DNA of 64,000 nucleotides, taken from assembly GCA_965235115.1 (NCBI GenBank), contig OZ249442.1, forward strand, positions 18,910,001-18,974,000, in the 5' to 3' direction. The position numbers were made by a program, and so were the translations under genes. The DNA is from Laetmonice hystrix. Lineage: Eukaryota. Shown piece by piece: positions 27,501 through 41,100 of the stretch. The notes beneath the pieces were generated by a model. The model saw only the letters and a program-made list of their open reading frames with translations. It did not search any database and had not been told where the DNA came from. The stretch's first letter is position 1. Each line of letters begins with the position of its first letter.

Positions 27501-28930
27501 ACACCAGCCTGTCTATAGACTATATAACAGTAAGATATGTATAGAGGTTAAAAAATGAACCTGCATGGTTAGCAATTAATGTTCAGCTTTTGTCCCGTTT
27601 TTTCGACAACGATTAAACGGTTTAATGCTCTCTCCATCTTTCCAAGAAGTACAGTCTGCGTGTAGACTTTGAGAAGAGTTGACAGGCTGGTAGGAGGAGA
27701 GGAGTAGCCAGGGGACTAAAGGGATCCATTGAAATCCATTTATATTCGATTGTTGATTAGTGATGGACGATGTATGGAGGTTAATGTCATACAGCGAGCT
27801 ATGTCACGTGTACCCAGGTGATCACCATCAACCTATTGACTGAAGGCTATTTGTTGACAGTTGATTGTTTAGTCATATGTTCATTATGTAAATGAATTTC
27901 GCCCAGTTAAGGTTCTCATCCAAGCCCCAAGGTAACATATACCACTCATGGGGTTGAATGTGGATATTACTAGTATAATGACATAGGATTCTCCGCCATT
28001 ATCCTGCCTAATGGGTTCACTCGGTTTTCTGTTGAAAAAGGGGGTGATTGATTGGTAATTGAAATTCTTTGAGTCTCCTCCCGGTATATTGTTTGTAGCA
28101 CGATTATTATAAGCTGTTACCTTTCGCATGTTTGTAAAACAGTGTGTGCACAAAAAGCGTTCAGGTTAGGCTGGATCTGTTCAATACAGTGCACCTGCAT
28201 CGGAGGCATCAACCAGCCATTGTCTACCACCTGACACGGCAGTCAGGACCCCCCCTGCCCCCCCCCCCCCCCATCCCCCGGTCAATGACCCCCTCCTAGT
28301 GTTCGTCCTTAACTCGTCCAAAGACAATTCTTCATGCTACCCTCAAGCGTCATCAATTTTCAGCAACAAGTAGCAATAAATTTGGGTGTTCTTCAATCAT
28401 CAAGAAAATTATAGGCAAATTATTGTACTGCGCACATAATTTTTACCGGTACATTACGGGAGGCGACTGAAATATTACAGTTTATAAGAGGATTAAGAAT
28501 GTACTATTTGCGAATCAATCTTTTATTTTGCTAGTAAAATTTTCTGGATTATTTTGCGCCTTGCAGCGATATGACCAACGTTCTACAAAACTTAGTGGAT
28601 TTATTGATTGGTGGATCTGGGTGGATTGTGTGATTTCTATGACCATTTGACACTGAAATGTTTAAACCAAGAAAACTAACGTTTTCATGTTTGCCTATCA
28701 AAGTACGGTGACAGCGAAAACGACTTGATACTTTTTATTCCCGCCACATATGGTGCCATGCATCTGTTATCTGATAAAACCCATTACTGGTGCATTAATT
28801 GTTGTTACTTTGCGATCTTTTGCAACAGCTGCAAAACCCGCATAGTTTTTATCTTATTTGAAGGGTTTACTGTTCAACTAACTGAAATACCAAACAAAGG
28901 TGAGGGACCTGCTATCATATACTACCCTAG

Positions 28931-28985
28931 TCAGATAAACGAACCCTCCTGGACAGTAGTCAGATTAACGAACCCTCCTGGACAG
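28931..28985. repeat. 29-bp tandem duplication (2 copies)
   Basis: tcagataaacgaaccctcctggacagtag followed by tcagattaacgaaccctcctggacag. Confidence 0.9.
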
Positions 28986-31900
28986 AGGAATGATTCAATC
29001 CAGCTCGTTTGCTTCGATCATATTACCTGTTAAAAAAAAAAGAAAAACATGTGATCAATTAAAATTCTAATCGGAGCTCCTTGACTTGTTAGCTAATTGG
29101 CATGAGTCATTGCTGCCACTACTGCTGTTGCTGCTGTTGCTGCTGCTGTCAAGGGCAAGACAGTGTTAAAATTAAGCTTCTCCGACACCTGTTTTAAACA
29201 CATTTACGGCATCCTTAAATGGTGTTAAGGGTTTGTAGGCAGAGCCGTTCGCAGTGCTGTTGAAATTTCTTAATCCAGGAGGGGTGTGTGTCATCAGCAT
29301 TCTGTTCTGCGAGCCCACGGCGGATAAAACGGTGTAACAATTGGATCAGCCGAGATGAAAACATGGCAATGAAACGTGAATCATTGTTAAATGTCATAAG
29401 ATATTTGAGTCATTGAAACGTTTTTTAAGACAGGGATCATCAGTTTCTCTGCAGTTTTATGTGGTTTACGCATGGATTTGCCCGGCGGCGGTTGATTGGT
29501 CGACTGAAGGCGGCGGGATGTGGAGAGCACCATGCGGTGGTGGGTGTCAGGGGAGAGGGAGCATCAGTTAGGGTATAGCCTTAAGCTGTGCAGACAATGT
29601 AAGAAACAAATCCGGAACAATTAAATTGGCAAAACCGGATATTTGCCCTCTGTGTTTCCCATGCAAACATGAATGAAGCGTGGAGAGGAGGCAGGAGATG
29701 GGCACCGAGAACAATTAGAAGGGTCATTCAAGATGATCTGAGCGAAGGGCATCGTGCCTGACGTGGTGGTGGTGGTAGGGTGGTCGCTCATGATATTAGC
29801 AGCAGAATGACATTGTGGTTGATTAGCCGTCTCGGCCGGCAGAGTCGTGCTGCTCCAAGACAAAGCCAACACACCCTCGTCAGGCCCTGGCCAGACTAGA
29901 AACGTGAGCGAAAACGGAGCCTGCATGAACCGAAACGGGATTAAAGCGAGTCGTGACATCACCGGCAGCAGCAACCTGAGCATCGGGAAGTCGCTATTAG
30001 ACAAAGAAAGGGATGGCAAACGGTATAGCCACACCCACAAATCAAAGGCTTGAACACTACTCGGTCACTACACGTTACCTGAACGTAGGCGGCGAAATCA
30101 AAGCACAGGGGGAGGATGCGGGGAGGCTGTAGTCACGGTTCACACTCAATGGGCAGGTCTTCATTGGTGTACTCACAGGAGGTGTGTTACAGGAAGCCGG
30201 GGCCCTGGTGTACCGACAGGAGGGCCCCACAGGAAGCCCCAGCCACATCTACCTTCCCGATGGCCCTGTGAGTCAGTGGCCTTAACCAGGTGAGGATGAC
30301 ACTGGCGGCAGTGACTGAAGTTTACAAGCCACTTCAGATCTTGTCCATATTGAACGACTCTTCTTCCCTTGCCCCGCCAAACAGGTATACAAAATCTATC
30401 ACCAGGCCAACCTGCCATCGTGTTTAAAGGTCTGTCGATAGGGTTACCCATCGCCAGTCTCCACACCAACCCAAATGAAAAATTAAATGATAGAAATTCA
30501 ATACATTTTAAAGAATCAGCCCACAGAGCAAAACTGAACGGGTTTAGTTTGTACCGCGGAGTCGGCCATCATTGGCATGTGTGAAGCCTGACGCTTTTTA
30601 CCCTAGACTTGTCGTTTATAAGTCCCTATAGTTATACACTGCTGGAGATCCAGCCTGAATTTCCGAAGCTGTGCCCTGAATGTGGAATGCCTAATTAGGT
30701 GTTCTCATCGACAGGACTGGGGTTAATTTGGGTCAGCTGGCAGCACAGTTCAGGCCACTAAAGCCACGGTTAGAGATGCATCGGAAATCAATAAGACCGA
30801 GCTTATGGCATCCTGTTTTAGCACCAGTACACAGGAGCATTTGAAATTATGACATGCACGTTACACATTAGGTGCAGGCTGACATACTACCCGACCAAGT
30901 CTGCTTTTCTTGCGCTCTACACGTCATTCGTGGGAACATTTTGCAGCTTTTTTGAGGCGACTGAAAGCGTAAAAAGGCTCCGTTTCCTCAATATTATTTA
31001 AAATGAATTATAATGATAGAGCATATCAGACACGATAGGAAAGTGGGCACAATAAGCTAGAAACCAAGTCGTCCCCCCGACTTTGTGGCATGTGTCGCTA
31101 CAGGGATTATTTACTCAGTGTCGCCGCTGTCGGCTTTAGAGCGCCAGTAAAGTTTAACTTGGATTTAGGGGCCCCATTAAAGGCCTTCCTTCATGTCAGC
31201 ATTATGAATTCGGCCAAAGTGGTTCATCAGGTTATGGTTGTGTATGGGTAGTGGTAGAGAGGGCCATCCTGTTTGGGATAGTGTGGGGGTGGATCGGCTA
31301 AAACAGGTACCCCAGCCGCCCAGCTTAGCGATAGTGTGTCATGCCACCTTTTGAAATTCAAATCATAAAGTGCCATGCCATTCCTTGTGCATATTTACAC
31401 ATGATTTACTGCATCACTGTTCACCTGAATTGGGCAGTATATAGTGTGGTGGGATGGTCGAACATATCGGGGGGTGTTTATATAGTGAAGAATGACATCA
31501 TCCAGCAGGGACAGTGGGAGGGGGGAGTGTGTCAATGAGAAGGTTCAAATTTCGGGGTCAGAACAGTGTTCCATGATCAAGTTAAAAACAAGCATCAGTA
31601 TTCCAGTCACATGAACAGGCTGGGCTTGCCACCCTACCACGTCCCTGGTCATCATCGCCACTTTTTGCAAGCCTTTGAAATTACGCTTTTTGTAATTGGA
31701 TCCTACCATGCCTAACCTCACCAATACGTCGAGCTAATGACATTGAAGATAAAGGGGCAACTTTTGCAAGGGTGTCTTCTAGGTCATGCTTTTGTCGGAG
31801 CGAAATAAAGGCATGCCTTGTCAAGAGGTGGCATGGTGCCTTGAGAGGTTGCCGGCAGGTGTTGGAACGTATACAGGCTCCTAATGAAATTAAAGTAATT

Positions 31901-32916
31901 TGGCTCCAGACAGGGGGCACCTATAGTGGTCTTTTGAAAATGTGGCTGGATATAATTAAGTATAGAGTCGAGCGGGCATTGTGCACTCCACGGGGACCGT
32001 TGGTTGCTTATGCAAGGATTTAACTTAGAGTAATCCCGCATCTTTTTTGTACGGCCTGACAACTGTCGCAACCTTCAAGACACACTTCAAGACACTCTCT
32101 CTCCGTCCTGTTTAGTTATGCCGCCTTTACTGTGGCAAGATAGAGAGGGGTAGGGTATACGTGAGAAATTATTTAACCTTTTTTCGCGTGTGTGAAAATG
32201 GATAAAAGTATACCGGTGTTGTAATTTTGTAAGCTGTGACAGCTGCCATGGGTTGTTAGGAAATTTTGGACATGATTATGGTGGGTAGAGTGGCACCTCT
32301 ACCAGACAACCTTCATCTTCTTGCTGTCTGAAATTGCCTGCAGGGGAAAGTAAACTATACAACTTTCATTTCGTGTAAAGCTTAACCGTGGAGCTCAGAT
32401 AGTGAATTACCGGTCGGACCAAGTTTGTCAAACGAGGTCTCATCAAAGTCTGCCTTGTATGTGTGTCAGAACACAGCCAATATTTGGTCAGGGTACTTGA
32501 GGAATATGCTGCTCTTGTTTAGGTACCCCGGCATACAGGCATCTTCTCAATACACACTTCAGTGTTAGTCCTCTAAGCACAAAAATGGGCCTGAGTCAAC
32601 TCGGCTTGCCCAGTTTACAATGGTGAGAAACAGAACATCAAGATCAGTTTCAATATGGTATTTGTCTTGACTTGTGTTTCCTTGAGTTTGTATTCAGTGC
32701 ATGGGCAGTTATGAGGTGCCGATTCTGGTGATAATTTAACAACCAGAAAGAATTTACACACCATGATAAGATAACCATTTATATACTGACACAATTATAA
32801 GAAAATACCAGGTCTTTATTTTCTTGTGAACATAGGGAAGATCATTAAGAATTTTTGTATTGTACTGCTTGCTCATGTGAACGGTGGTGTTGGTTCATTC
32901 TGTTGGGATATAAATG

Positions 32917-33233
32917 GTTTGGATGACCCACCAAAATGGTTCTGAATCCATGAGGAGATGTTAGTTTGGATGACCCACCAAAATGATTCTGCAGCCTTGA
33001 GGAGATGTTATTTTGGATGGCCCACCACAATGATTCTGGAGCCTTGAGCAGATGTTGGTTTGGATAACCCACCAAAATGATTATGGAGCCTTGAGCAGAT
33101 GTTAGTTGGGTGGCCCACCAAAATCGCTCTGCAGCCTTAGCAGATGTTTGTTTGGATGATCCACCAAAATGGTAATGCAGCCTTGAGCAGATGTCAGTTT
33201 GGATGGCCCACCCGAATGCTTCTGCAGACTTGA
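32917..33233. repeat. 47-bp diverged minisatellite, ~6.8 copies (consensus GTTTGGATGACCCACCAAAATGATTCTGCAGCCTTGAGCAGATGTTA)
   Basis: Units start at 32917, 32964, 33011, 33058, 33105 (45 bp), 33150 and 33197 (partial). Head-to-tail with no spacers. Confidence 0.95.
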
Positions 33234-36200
33234 TGGGATAACCAATTAACATGGTCCTATGGTATACTACTATGTCCTCTGCTTCGTATAATATCGGCAG
33301 CTATGAAGGCTTGTACATGGAAGGGTCTTCAGATTACTTGCTCATTAACAGACACTATACAATCGCTACCGTTATTTTTGCAATGAGTAATATTCAAAAC
33401 CATTGTGAACAGTATTTTACCTGGAATGAGGCATTAACCGTATGTTACTGATACAAACATTTAGCGTAAAATTGCTTCCTCATCAGCTAATGTGGCATGA
33501 AAATATTAGCTCTGGGAAGAGTGAGACAGCACTACTCATTAAATCCTGATTATCTAATTTTTCCCCATGTATAGGTCGTTCACAGGTTTCTTTCTGTCTT
33601 CACACGGGCGAAACTGAACGGAGCCTTGCCATTTCGCCGAGTGATCCGTTATTAAAATGGGCCCGGCTTTAGCCAGCATGAATGGGTTATGTAAGGTCGG
33701 AGTGTGAATTACACCCTGCCACAATAACTCGTGTAAGACAATATACTACACACAGGCACAACTGATGGTTGAATGAGGCTTGATTGAAAAAGTGATAGGA
33801 AGAATTAGTCACGATCTCCGTACAGATTAGTCAAGGCTGATTACAAAGTGCACACCATGGAGATGAGCTTTCAAGCCTCGTTAAAAGACGAAAAAACCAG
33901 CTGATGGAGATCAGGGCTGATTAACATGACTGAAATGGAATAAGACTAATAACATGATAGACAATACTCCGGCACAGTTGGTTTTATACTCGAAGTTTTT
34001 GGTGGGTTATTATTTTTTTTGCTCCACTGTCGAAGACTTTTGTTTTAATGCAGGATGTATGAGGCAGGTGGACTGAATGTTGTACCACAAATAGCTGGCC
34101 CCAGCAGCACGTTCTACCTGTGTCTAACTGTGGAGAACAGATGTTAGTAAGGCTCCGGTGTACGTTTGTCAGATCGTAGTTTGAGACAGTGGCCGCCATT
34201 CTGCCAGGTTGTAGACAATGGTTGGGGGGGGGGGGGGGGGGGTAGACGAGGGCAGGCCTCACACCTCATGAGAGAGATAGGGAGGAAACGAGGACCGGAA
34301 AGTAGGGACTAAATGCATCAATATCCAGGCTTATAACAACAATGCTTCAATATTTGTACGGTGTTGGTCGTTAGAAATTGGTAGCTGCCTGATTGGTAAA
34401 GCCTGATGGAGTTAGACAAAGGATTCATTTACATTGCTTTCGGCTGACATGGGCATGATCATGTAGTCATGACAACCTGATCATGTCCTGTCCCCCAGCA
34501 CGGCCGTGGACAATGAAGGTCACTCGGGTTACTAACGAAGCTTCACTTTCACCCCTCTATCGTCTCTCTCAGGACAAGGTCGTCAAAATGTTATGAAATG
34601 ACACTTATTAAAGTAAAACCGCATGCACCCTCATGGAAAAGGCTCAAAACTATCACTAAACGAGACGGCCTCGCCTCTTGATAAATACACCGCTTGGGTT
34701 TTTAGGAGATGAAAAGTGTAAAGTAAAATTTAAAGTATCTTGGCTTCAGGAAGGAAGGATTTCGGGGGAAAACAGTTGATTTTGTTTCGAAATCGCTGCA
34801 TGTCTTGTCGTCAGCTAAAAAAAACCTGTTGTGTTATCTGAAGAGGAGGCAGGCCAAATAGTTGTTATCAGCGCCAATATTAGAGTAAGTGTTTAACAGC
34901 CTGACACGGATTGCAAAACACTGTGATTGGCTAATGGTGACAGGGCGGTTGGATGCCAGGCAACGTGGGCCCGCCATGCACCGCGGCGGGCGGGGGTGGT
35001 GGTGGTGGTGGTGGCGCGCGCCAGGCGGAGCACGTGGCTGAGACGGCTACTGTTGACCGGGCCAGCCTCCGACATGGCACGATCAAGATGCTACCACTCC
35101 CCCCCCCCCCTCCCTCCCTCCTCCCCACCGCCCCGTCCCCTTCCTCGTTAACCGGCGGGGCTCATGTAAATGACTCTCACACTCTTTGCGATCACGACGA
35201 TCAAAATGTAGCATGTATATTAATTAAACTCATTAACTTAACGTCCTTGCATCATCAGTCATCTTGATGTATTGCTTCATTAGGGGCGGATGATGCGCCG
35301 TGGATTTTGCCTCGATCGCTGCAAGCCACGTAGAGATTAGTGAAAAATCCACTACGATGAATCAGATATGTTAAGTCAGGGGAAGATGACTCCTGTGATA
35401 GATGTTTTGTCATCAAACCTCAAAGTTTCTGATTAGTTACACAGAATGTATGAGAACTGTCCCATTAGAAAGGGGATAAAAGAATGACGGGGGACCTAAT
35501 GAAGCCGAAACTTTATGGCATATATCCCTGTTGGGTCTGAAATAATGTGCATATTCATGAAGTAAAGCAGACCGAAAGATAGCGGCCGTGTTTCAGTATG
35601 GACCTAACTGTATCAAAAAGCAACATGATACAGTAGACAGTTGATAACATATGCCACCTAATGATACTTGGGCTGAACACTGACCTATGTACGCTGCTCT
35701 GATGGTGCAGCTGTTTTGTGACCAGTCATACAGCTGTCATGAGGAACTTCTATTAGGAATGTGCAGTGATAATATGGGCCACATTCTCTTGCATTGGGAT
35801 ATACGTCAGAAATAGACTCCGACATTAGAGACTGCGTACTTGACACAACACTAATCTAAGCATAGCCCTGACAGGTACACATCCGGACACACAATACAAG
35901 CACGCTACTAGTTGCTCCCTTAAAAAGTCGTTAACAGGAAATGGGCCTGATTTGATCCTAGCCAGCATCTTTAGACTACAGATGTGGGCGATAAGACTGG
36001 AGGTAGTATGGTAATAAGTGTCGGCAAGGAGACTGCAGTCTTAATAAAGAATGGAAGAGTGTCCATATTCAATGGAGGTTGCATACTTATTACAGTAATG
36101 TTTCTGCTTGTGCCTGCCGTCTCAGCGGCTCAAGGGGACTTGAGGGGCGCGGGTATTCGCCATACCACTCCACGCTCAGCTGCCTTGGTTTCAATGCCCA

Positions 36201-37517
36201 AATACATACATATATTATTATCACAGGCAGCCGTAAGATTCTCTCCATTCTCATGAGGCATATGATGAGGTGGAAGATCATATGAAGATGGATGGCTACA
36301 GGTTTTTATGTCCTATGTTATTGACTTGTGATGTGGTCATGACAGAAGATTGTGCTTTGATTGTCGTTGACGGGGCTGTTGTCTTCTCGGCCACTTTGGG
36401 CTCTCGACAGATGGAGTGTTTCTCAGTAAACAGATGCCAACAGGATATCATGGCTGAGTTGTGTAAGGAGTCAATCTTTATCTTGTATGTGGACTTGGTG
36501 TGTCAGATTGTAATAATTATTTTCTTTAATTAATTTAGAAGAGAGCACTAAGAAAACTCGTAATGAGTTCATCAAGAGATCGGGAGACATAGTGGAAGGA
36601 GAGCTCACTTATCAACAGATCGTAGGGATTCACAGAACGTGAATCTTGTTATTTATAGAACTGGCGGTAGAACTGGCGTTGATATTGGAGAGAAGGATAT
36701 GGCTGAGTTCACATTAGGGTTTCCACATCTGGCAGTGTTATAGATGGAGCCGTCAAGAGACGACTGACAAGGTACCCACGCTCCTCACACCACCCGTCAC
36801 ACTGACATTCTGGGACAGTGACAGTACATGGTCAGCCTTCAATGCTACCACCATGGGTTCAGTGGCAAGGTCAAGGCGATACCCGGATTGTAAATCAGCT
36901 AATTATTATCTTTTAATTGGCCTTTTTTTCGTGAAACCTCAGGGCCTGTTGATGCTAGTTGATGCGGGTGCAACAGCTGGGAAACAGCCATCCGTCGTGC
37001 CCCTAGAGCTTCTGTCATTCTCATAATGATAGTGTGAGGAATAGTAGATAAGGATCACTGTTACACCTAGACTGATACAAGTGGAGGTATAATCAGATGA
37101 CAGGCATGTACATGTATACATGGGGAATTAGAAAAGGATGTGCCAGCCTTCCCAACCAGGATTACATGAAGTCACATAAAATAAAGTTTAAAAAATACGG
37201 AATTTTCCGGCTTTCATGAAGAACCAATCCATACATTTTTATGAACGTGTAAACTGTTAAAGATGCCACAGAGGTGTAGAATAAAGTGGTTCCAGATGAG
37301 AAAAGCTCAAAGAAACTAGAGGGTAGGAAGCTTTAATGAAATTTTCTGTTGACAAAACGCAGAATAAGGTCGAGATTAATTTACATCATGGCAGTCCCAA
37401 CAGGAAGTAGTGCGTCCTGTTTCATTAACTGCCTCGAGTTTTTCTCGGTAAAGTCCCGACAAGTCGGACAAGGATCTAGACGGTCCGAGGTGGCTCAGGT
37501 TTTTGGACGGCTTACCA

Positions 37518-37671
37518 CCTCCCCCTCCTTCTCCCCTCTCCCTTTCCTCCCCTCCCCTCTCCCTCCCCTCCCCCTCCTCTCCCTCTCCCTCCTCTTTCCC
37601 TCCCTCCCCTTCCCCCTCCTCGTCCTCCTCCCTCCCCTTTCCCCTTCTCGTCCTCCCCCCCTTCCTCCTCT
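37518..37671. repeat. 154-nt homopyrimidine/homopurine tract
   Basis: Only C and T apart from two G (37622, 37650). Confidence 0.97.
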
Positions 37672-39235
37672 GACGGTTGCGTTACTCGTACTTACCGTTG
37701 AGTCCAGGCCCATGACTCATTAAACACCTAAACATTCTTGTCTTTTTGGCAATGACCTTGGAAAACTTGGCTCACCTTGTGACATTGAATTTGGAGTCGA
37801 GGTTCACAGCAATAGAACCGCAGGGTCGTTAAAGAAAACACCCACTTACTCGCCTTGAATGGGAAGGATGGTCTGTTGCTGCTCTCGGTGATGTTTCTAC
37901 AACTGTGAATGACCCTATAAACAAATTCCAACCAGGCATAAACCCGGCATTTCATGAGACCAAATATTAGAAAGAAGGTAGTTGCAGTGGTTAGTTAAAG
38001 GTCATGATTTTGAGATCTGAGATCCGACGATGGCAGTTTGAATGTTGAGGGCGAAAAGAACGTTTCTTAACTTGTGATCCAACTACGGTATGTGACTCTG
38101 AGGCAGCGCATAACGAATTACGGCTATTAGGCATATCTAACCTCTGCCCTCCTCCCACTCTGCTGACCTCCACCAGGGGTCAGTGCGGTCACAGAGAGGT
38201 CAGTCGCAGTGTGGAGGTTACACATGTTAGAACTTAAAAAATAACCCCCCCAAAACTGCCATGGATTACTCGTGGCCTTCAAAAATGGATTTCAGACTCC
38301 GGCCAGTGTCTTGTTAATAGCAGCCACTGAGTTCTGAACCATGCTTTTAAAAAAATCTGAATGCTACATGACAGTTGTGGTCAGTGGGGGAGAGTGGCCA
38401 GCCAAGAGTGGCTTCCGACCTTTGACTTATTGATGGCTGAAGTGTACTACTGTGAGCCGTGTTTGTCGGACACCGAACCGTAGGTGAAGGGCCGGCGTGG
38501 CGGTGGGCTGCCAGCTTCAACAGCCGCTAAACTCGGTTTGCTGGACCGTCAGCCCATCTCGGGCCGTGTTAATGTGGGTTGGGATCGGTAGGCGGCACTT
38601 TGAAGTGGGCCTGGGATCCAGACAGCATTACGATCGTGACCATAACACCGCAACGAGTTTTAAGTCTGGCTCTGGGAACGCACAAAGATCTCAATGACCC
38701 AGACATTTATTTCAAAACAAGTAAAAAAACTGGAGTTCTTGCAGTAGATTGCATAACCTTGCATTGCCTCAGTCGGCCCGTTTTGTAAGATATGTTAGGA
38801 CGGGCAAGTCGGTAACATTTAAAACTAGACACGTTGTGGCGATACCACAATTGATCCCATCCCCGGGGAGTCACGTGATATATGACATGTTCTGAGTAGG
38901 GTAAACTATGGCTCGATCTTGCACAGTTCATGACTTATAAGCTTTAGAAGATGCCAATTATGAGGAGACACGTCATACTACGTAATAAATCTTGGTCTCA
39001 AATGAAAGAGCATGTATAGAGCAAAGCATTCCGGCTATAACTGGTTGAGTGATGAATCCATAAAATATAATGCCCTAAAATGGCCCCTAAAAGGCGGGAA
39101 ATCTCTTCTAAGAGCTTTTAATTTTTAAAGACTTCCCGTGACCCCTCTGCTGAAAATCCTGGACCCGGGGCTAGCCAAACAATAATTTCTTGTCAATTCT
39201 TCAAAAAAAAAGAGTGGGGATATAGAGGGATGTGC

Positions 39236-39440
39236 CCACGCCCGGCGGCGCCGGTCGGCGCTCTCTCTCTCCTCCTTCTCCCCTAGTCTCTCTCTCTCTC
39301 TTGGTGCTCTTCCCCTCGTTCACGTTTTTGCCCCAGTCCCAGTCTAAAGGATGGCCACTGGTCATTGGCCGATGGCCCACGTCCAATTAACTGACCGCCC
39401 CTGACCGGCTCATTTGATTGAGAGCTGCCGCCCGATGGCT
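39236..39440. promoter_or_regulatory. Candidate promoter-like GC/CpG-rich patch with (CT)n GAGA-type tracts
   Basis: cccggcggcgccggtcggcg, followed by ctctctctc tracts, ATTGG/CCAAT and CCGCCC motifs. No TSS evidence. Confidence 0.25.
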
Positions 39441-39865
39441 GGCATGTTATATGACTGAGAAGGTACCTCTTCTATAAACAGTCCTTAAGTATTTCTCACA
39501 GAGCGTTCCCCTTGTCCCTCCGCAGACCCGCTCAAGTGATGGCTGCATCTATTGTGCCGCTCGCCAGGACCACTGCATACCTGTCTACTGTGCACACCGT
39601 TCATTCACTTCTATCTCTCGCCATTTAGCCAACACGTAGTCATACATCATGAAACTTTACCAATAGGTGCGAATGTCATCCACACCAGACTGTTGGCTCA
39701 GGCTAAACCAAGTGCAGCTGACCAAAAGCTTGTCGTGTCTCTTGAACTCCACAACCAACAATCAGTAGTATTGTTTTATTCAGCTCTGCTACATAAGATT
39801 CAAAAACAAATGCATTAGGCAGTTACACCTACAGTTCAAAGGCACAGCTAAGTCAGTTCTGAATA

Positions 39866-40072
39866 CAGGTATATCGCCCATGATAACTTAAACTCCACGA
39901 AATTTGGTGGAAAGAAAAGATCCATAGCCCTGACCTTATCCCTAACCCCTATCCCCTAACCCCAGTTCCTACACCTCCCCAAAACATATCCCTACCCTAC
40001 CCCTATCCCTGACATTAACCCTAACCCCTGCCCAAACATTTCGTGGAAAGTTATCATGGGGGATAGAACCTG
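39866..40072. mobile_element. Non-autonomous DNA transposon (MITE), ~207 bp, with internal CCCTAA-like repeats
   Basis: Left end CAGGTATATCGCCCATGATAACTTaaacTCCACGAAAT versus reverse complement of right end CAGGTTCTATCCCCCATGATAACTTTCCACGAAAT (imperfect ~35-bp TIR). AATA sits immediately outside both ends (39862-39865, 40073-40076). The interior has ccctaacccc/ccctaccct/ccctatccc units. Confidence 0.8.
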
Positions 40073-40301
40073 AATACACAATCATATTCCTCCCTCACTG
40101 GGAGGGAGGGGGGAGTAGGCCGGCCGGCCGGCCCTTATCACCAGCACTTACGTAACTCTCTCCCGGCCTGGCCAGGGACCGGCGGCCGCATCACAGTGGG
40201 AGATCTGTGTATTCAGAGATGCCAACTGTCAGACGGCAAAAATATTATTGTGAAGACTATACCCATTAAAACTTACCATTCTGGCCATATTACCTTTCCA
40301 A

Positions 40302-41100
40302 AACAAGAACTAAACAGCCAGTGGTATACCTGAATCTATACACTTTGTAATTGTTGTATTTGTATATGGCTATCTTAAACAGGTTTAAGGTAGAGCCTGT
40401 CAACGTCAGATTACATTATTTCATCATAAATAAAAAAGATATTGGTAAATTTATGAAAAGAAATATGCAAAGTGACCAATCGTCAATAGCAGCACATATC
40501 TAGTGACCAAATACACGATTCCTATATGACTAAAGCAGTTTTAGAAAAAAATGTCAAAAGTGACAAACTTCAAAGTCACGTGGTTCGGTGAAAATAGGTC
40601 AAATCGCTAATCCTTGGAATCGTATTGTGAACCTTTCGTTAGAGAGTGTTTCTGCCGAATATTGTCTAATTTTACTAAAAAATAAAAAAGGAGAAGCAAT
40701 TTAACCGATTTGTGACCAATGACCCAGTTCACCCTAAGGTCAAAGGTCAAAGGTCAAATCAAGACTCAAATTGAGGCAGCACCTATGGCCGATTATGAGG
40801 CCATGACGGGTTTTTAAAAAAATTCCCAATATGAGCTTAAAAATGGCTTCAATTTTCATAATACGTTTGACGTCATCAAGTTATGACGTGACGTCACATG
40901 ACGTCAGGATTCGATGCCTGACCATACTTCGTCATTGTCAAGATGTGTGCCAAATTTCATTTCGATATTTTGAAAATTGACTAAGATAGACATACAAGTT
41001 TACTACTACTACTACTACTACAACTACGACGCCAAAAATAATACAGAAGACGAAACCACACAATTTCTAAATCCCATCCCCTCCGTAGGGGATGGGATAA
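40302..41100 (+). mobile_element. HINE-like (Helentron-associated, DINE-1/Pearl-type) non-autonomous element; 5' boundary approximate
   Basis: 3' perfect 12-bp hairpin ATCCCATCCCCT-ccgt-AGGGGATGGGAT (41071-41098) preceded by a (TAC)7 microsatellite (41001-41021). Internal gtgacc/caaaggtca and tgtgccaaatttcat motifs of the kind seen in invertebrate HINE-like repeats. Family assignment is inferred from architecture only. Confidence 0.6.

Noticed and set aside
32056-32100. LTTVATFKTHFKTL, resembling the C-terminus of CR1/L2 LINE ORF2
   Set aside because: The expected upstream WNxLP motif is not visible, and the match rests on a short local duplication (cttcaagacac x2). Too weak to call.
32917-33233. 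CRISPR-like appearance of the 47-bp repeat
   Set aside because: The units are contiguous with no unique spacers, there are no cas genes, and the context is eukaryotic.
40488-40500. GCAGCACATAT matching the U6 snRNA 5' region
   Set aside because: Only ~11 nt match, with no flanking U6 similarity.
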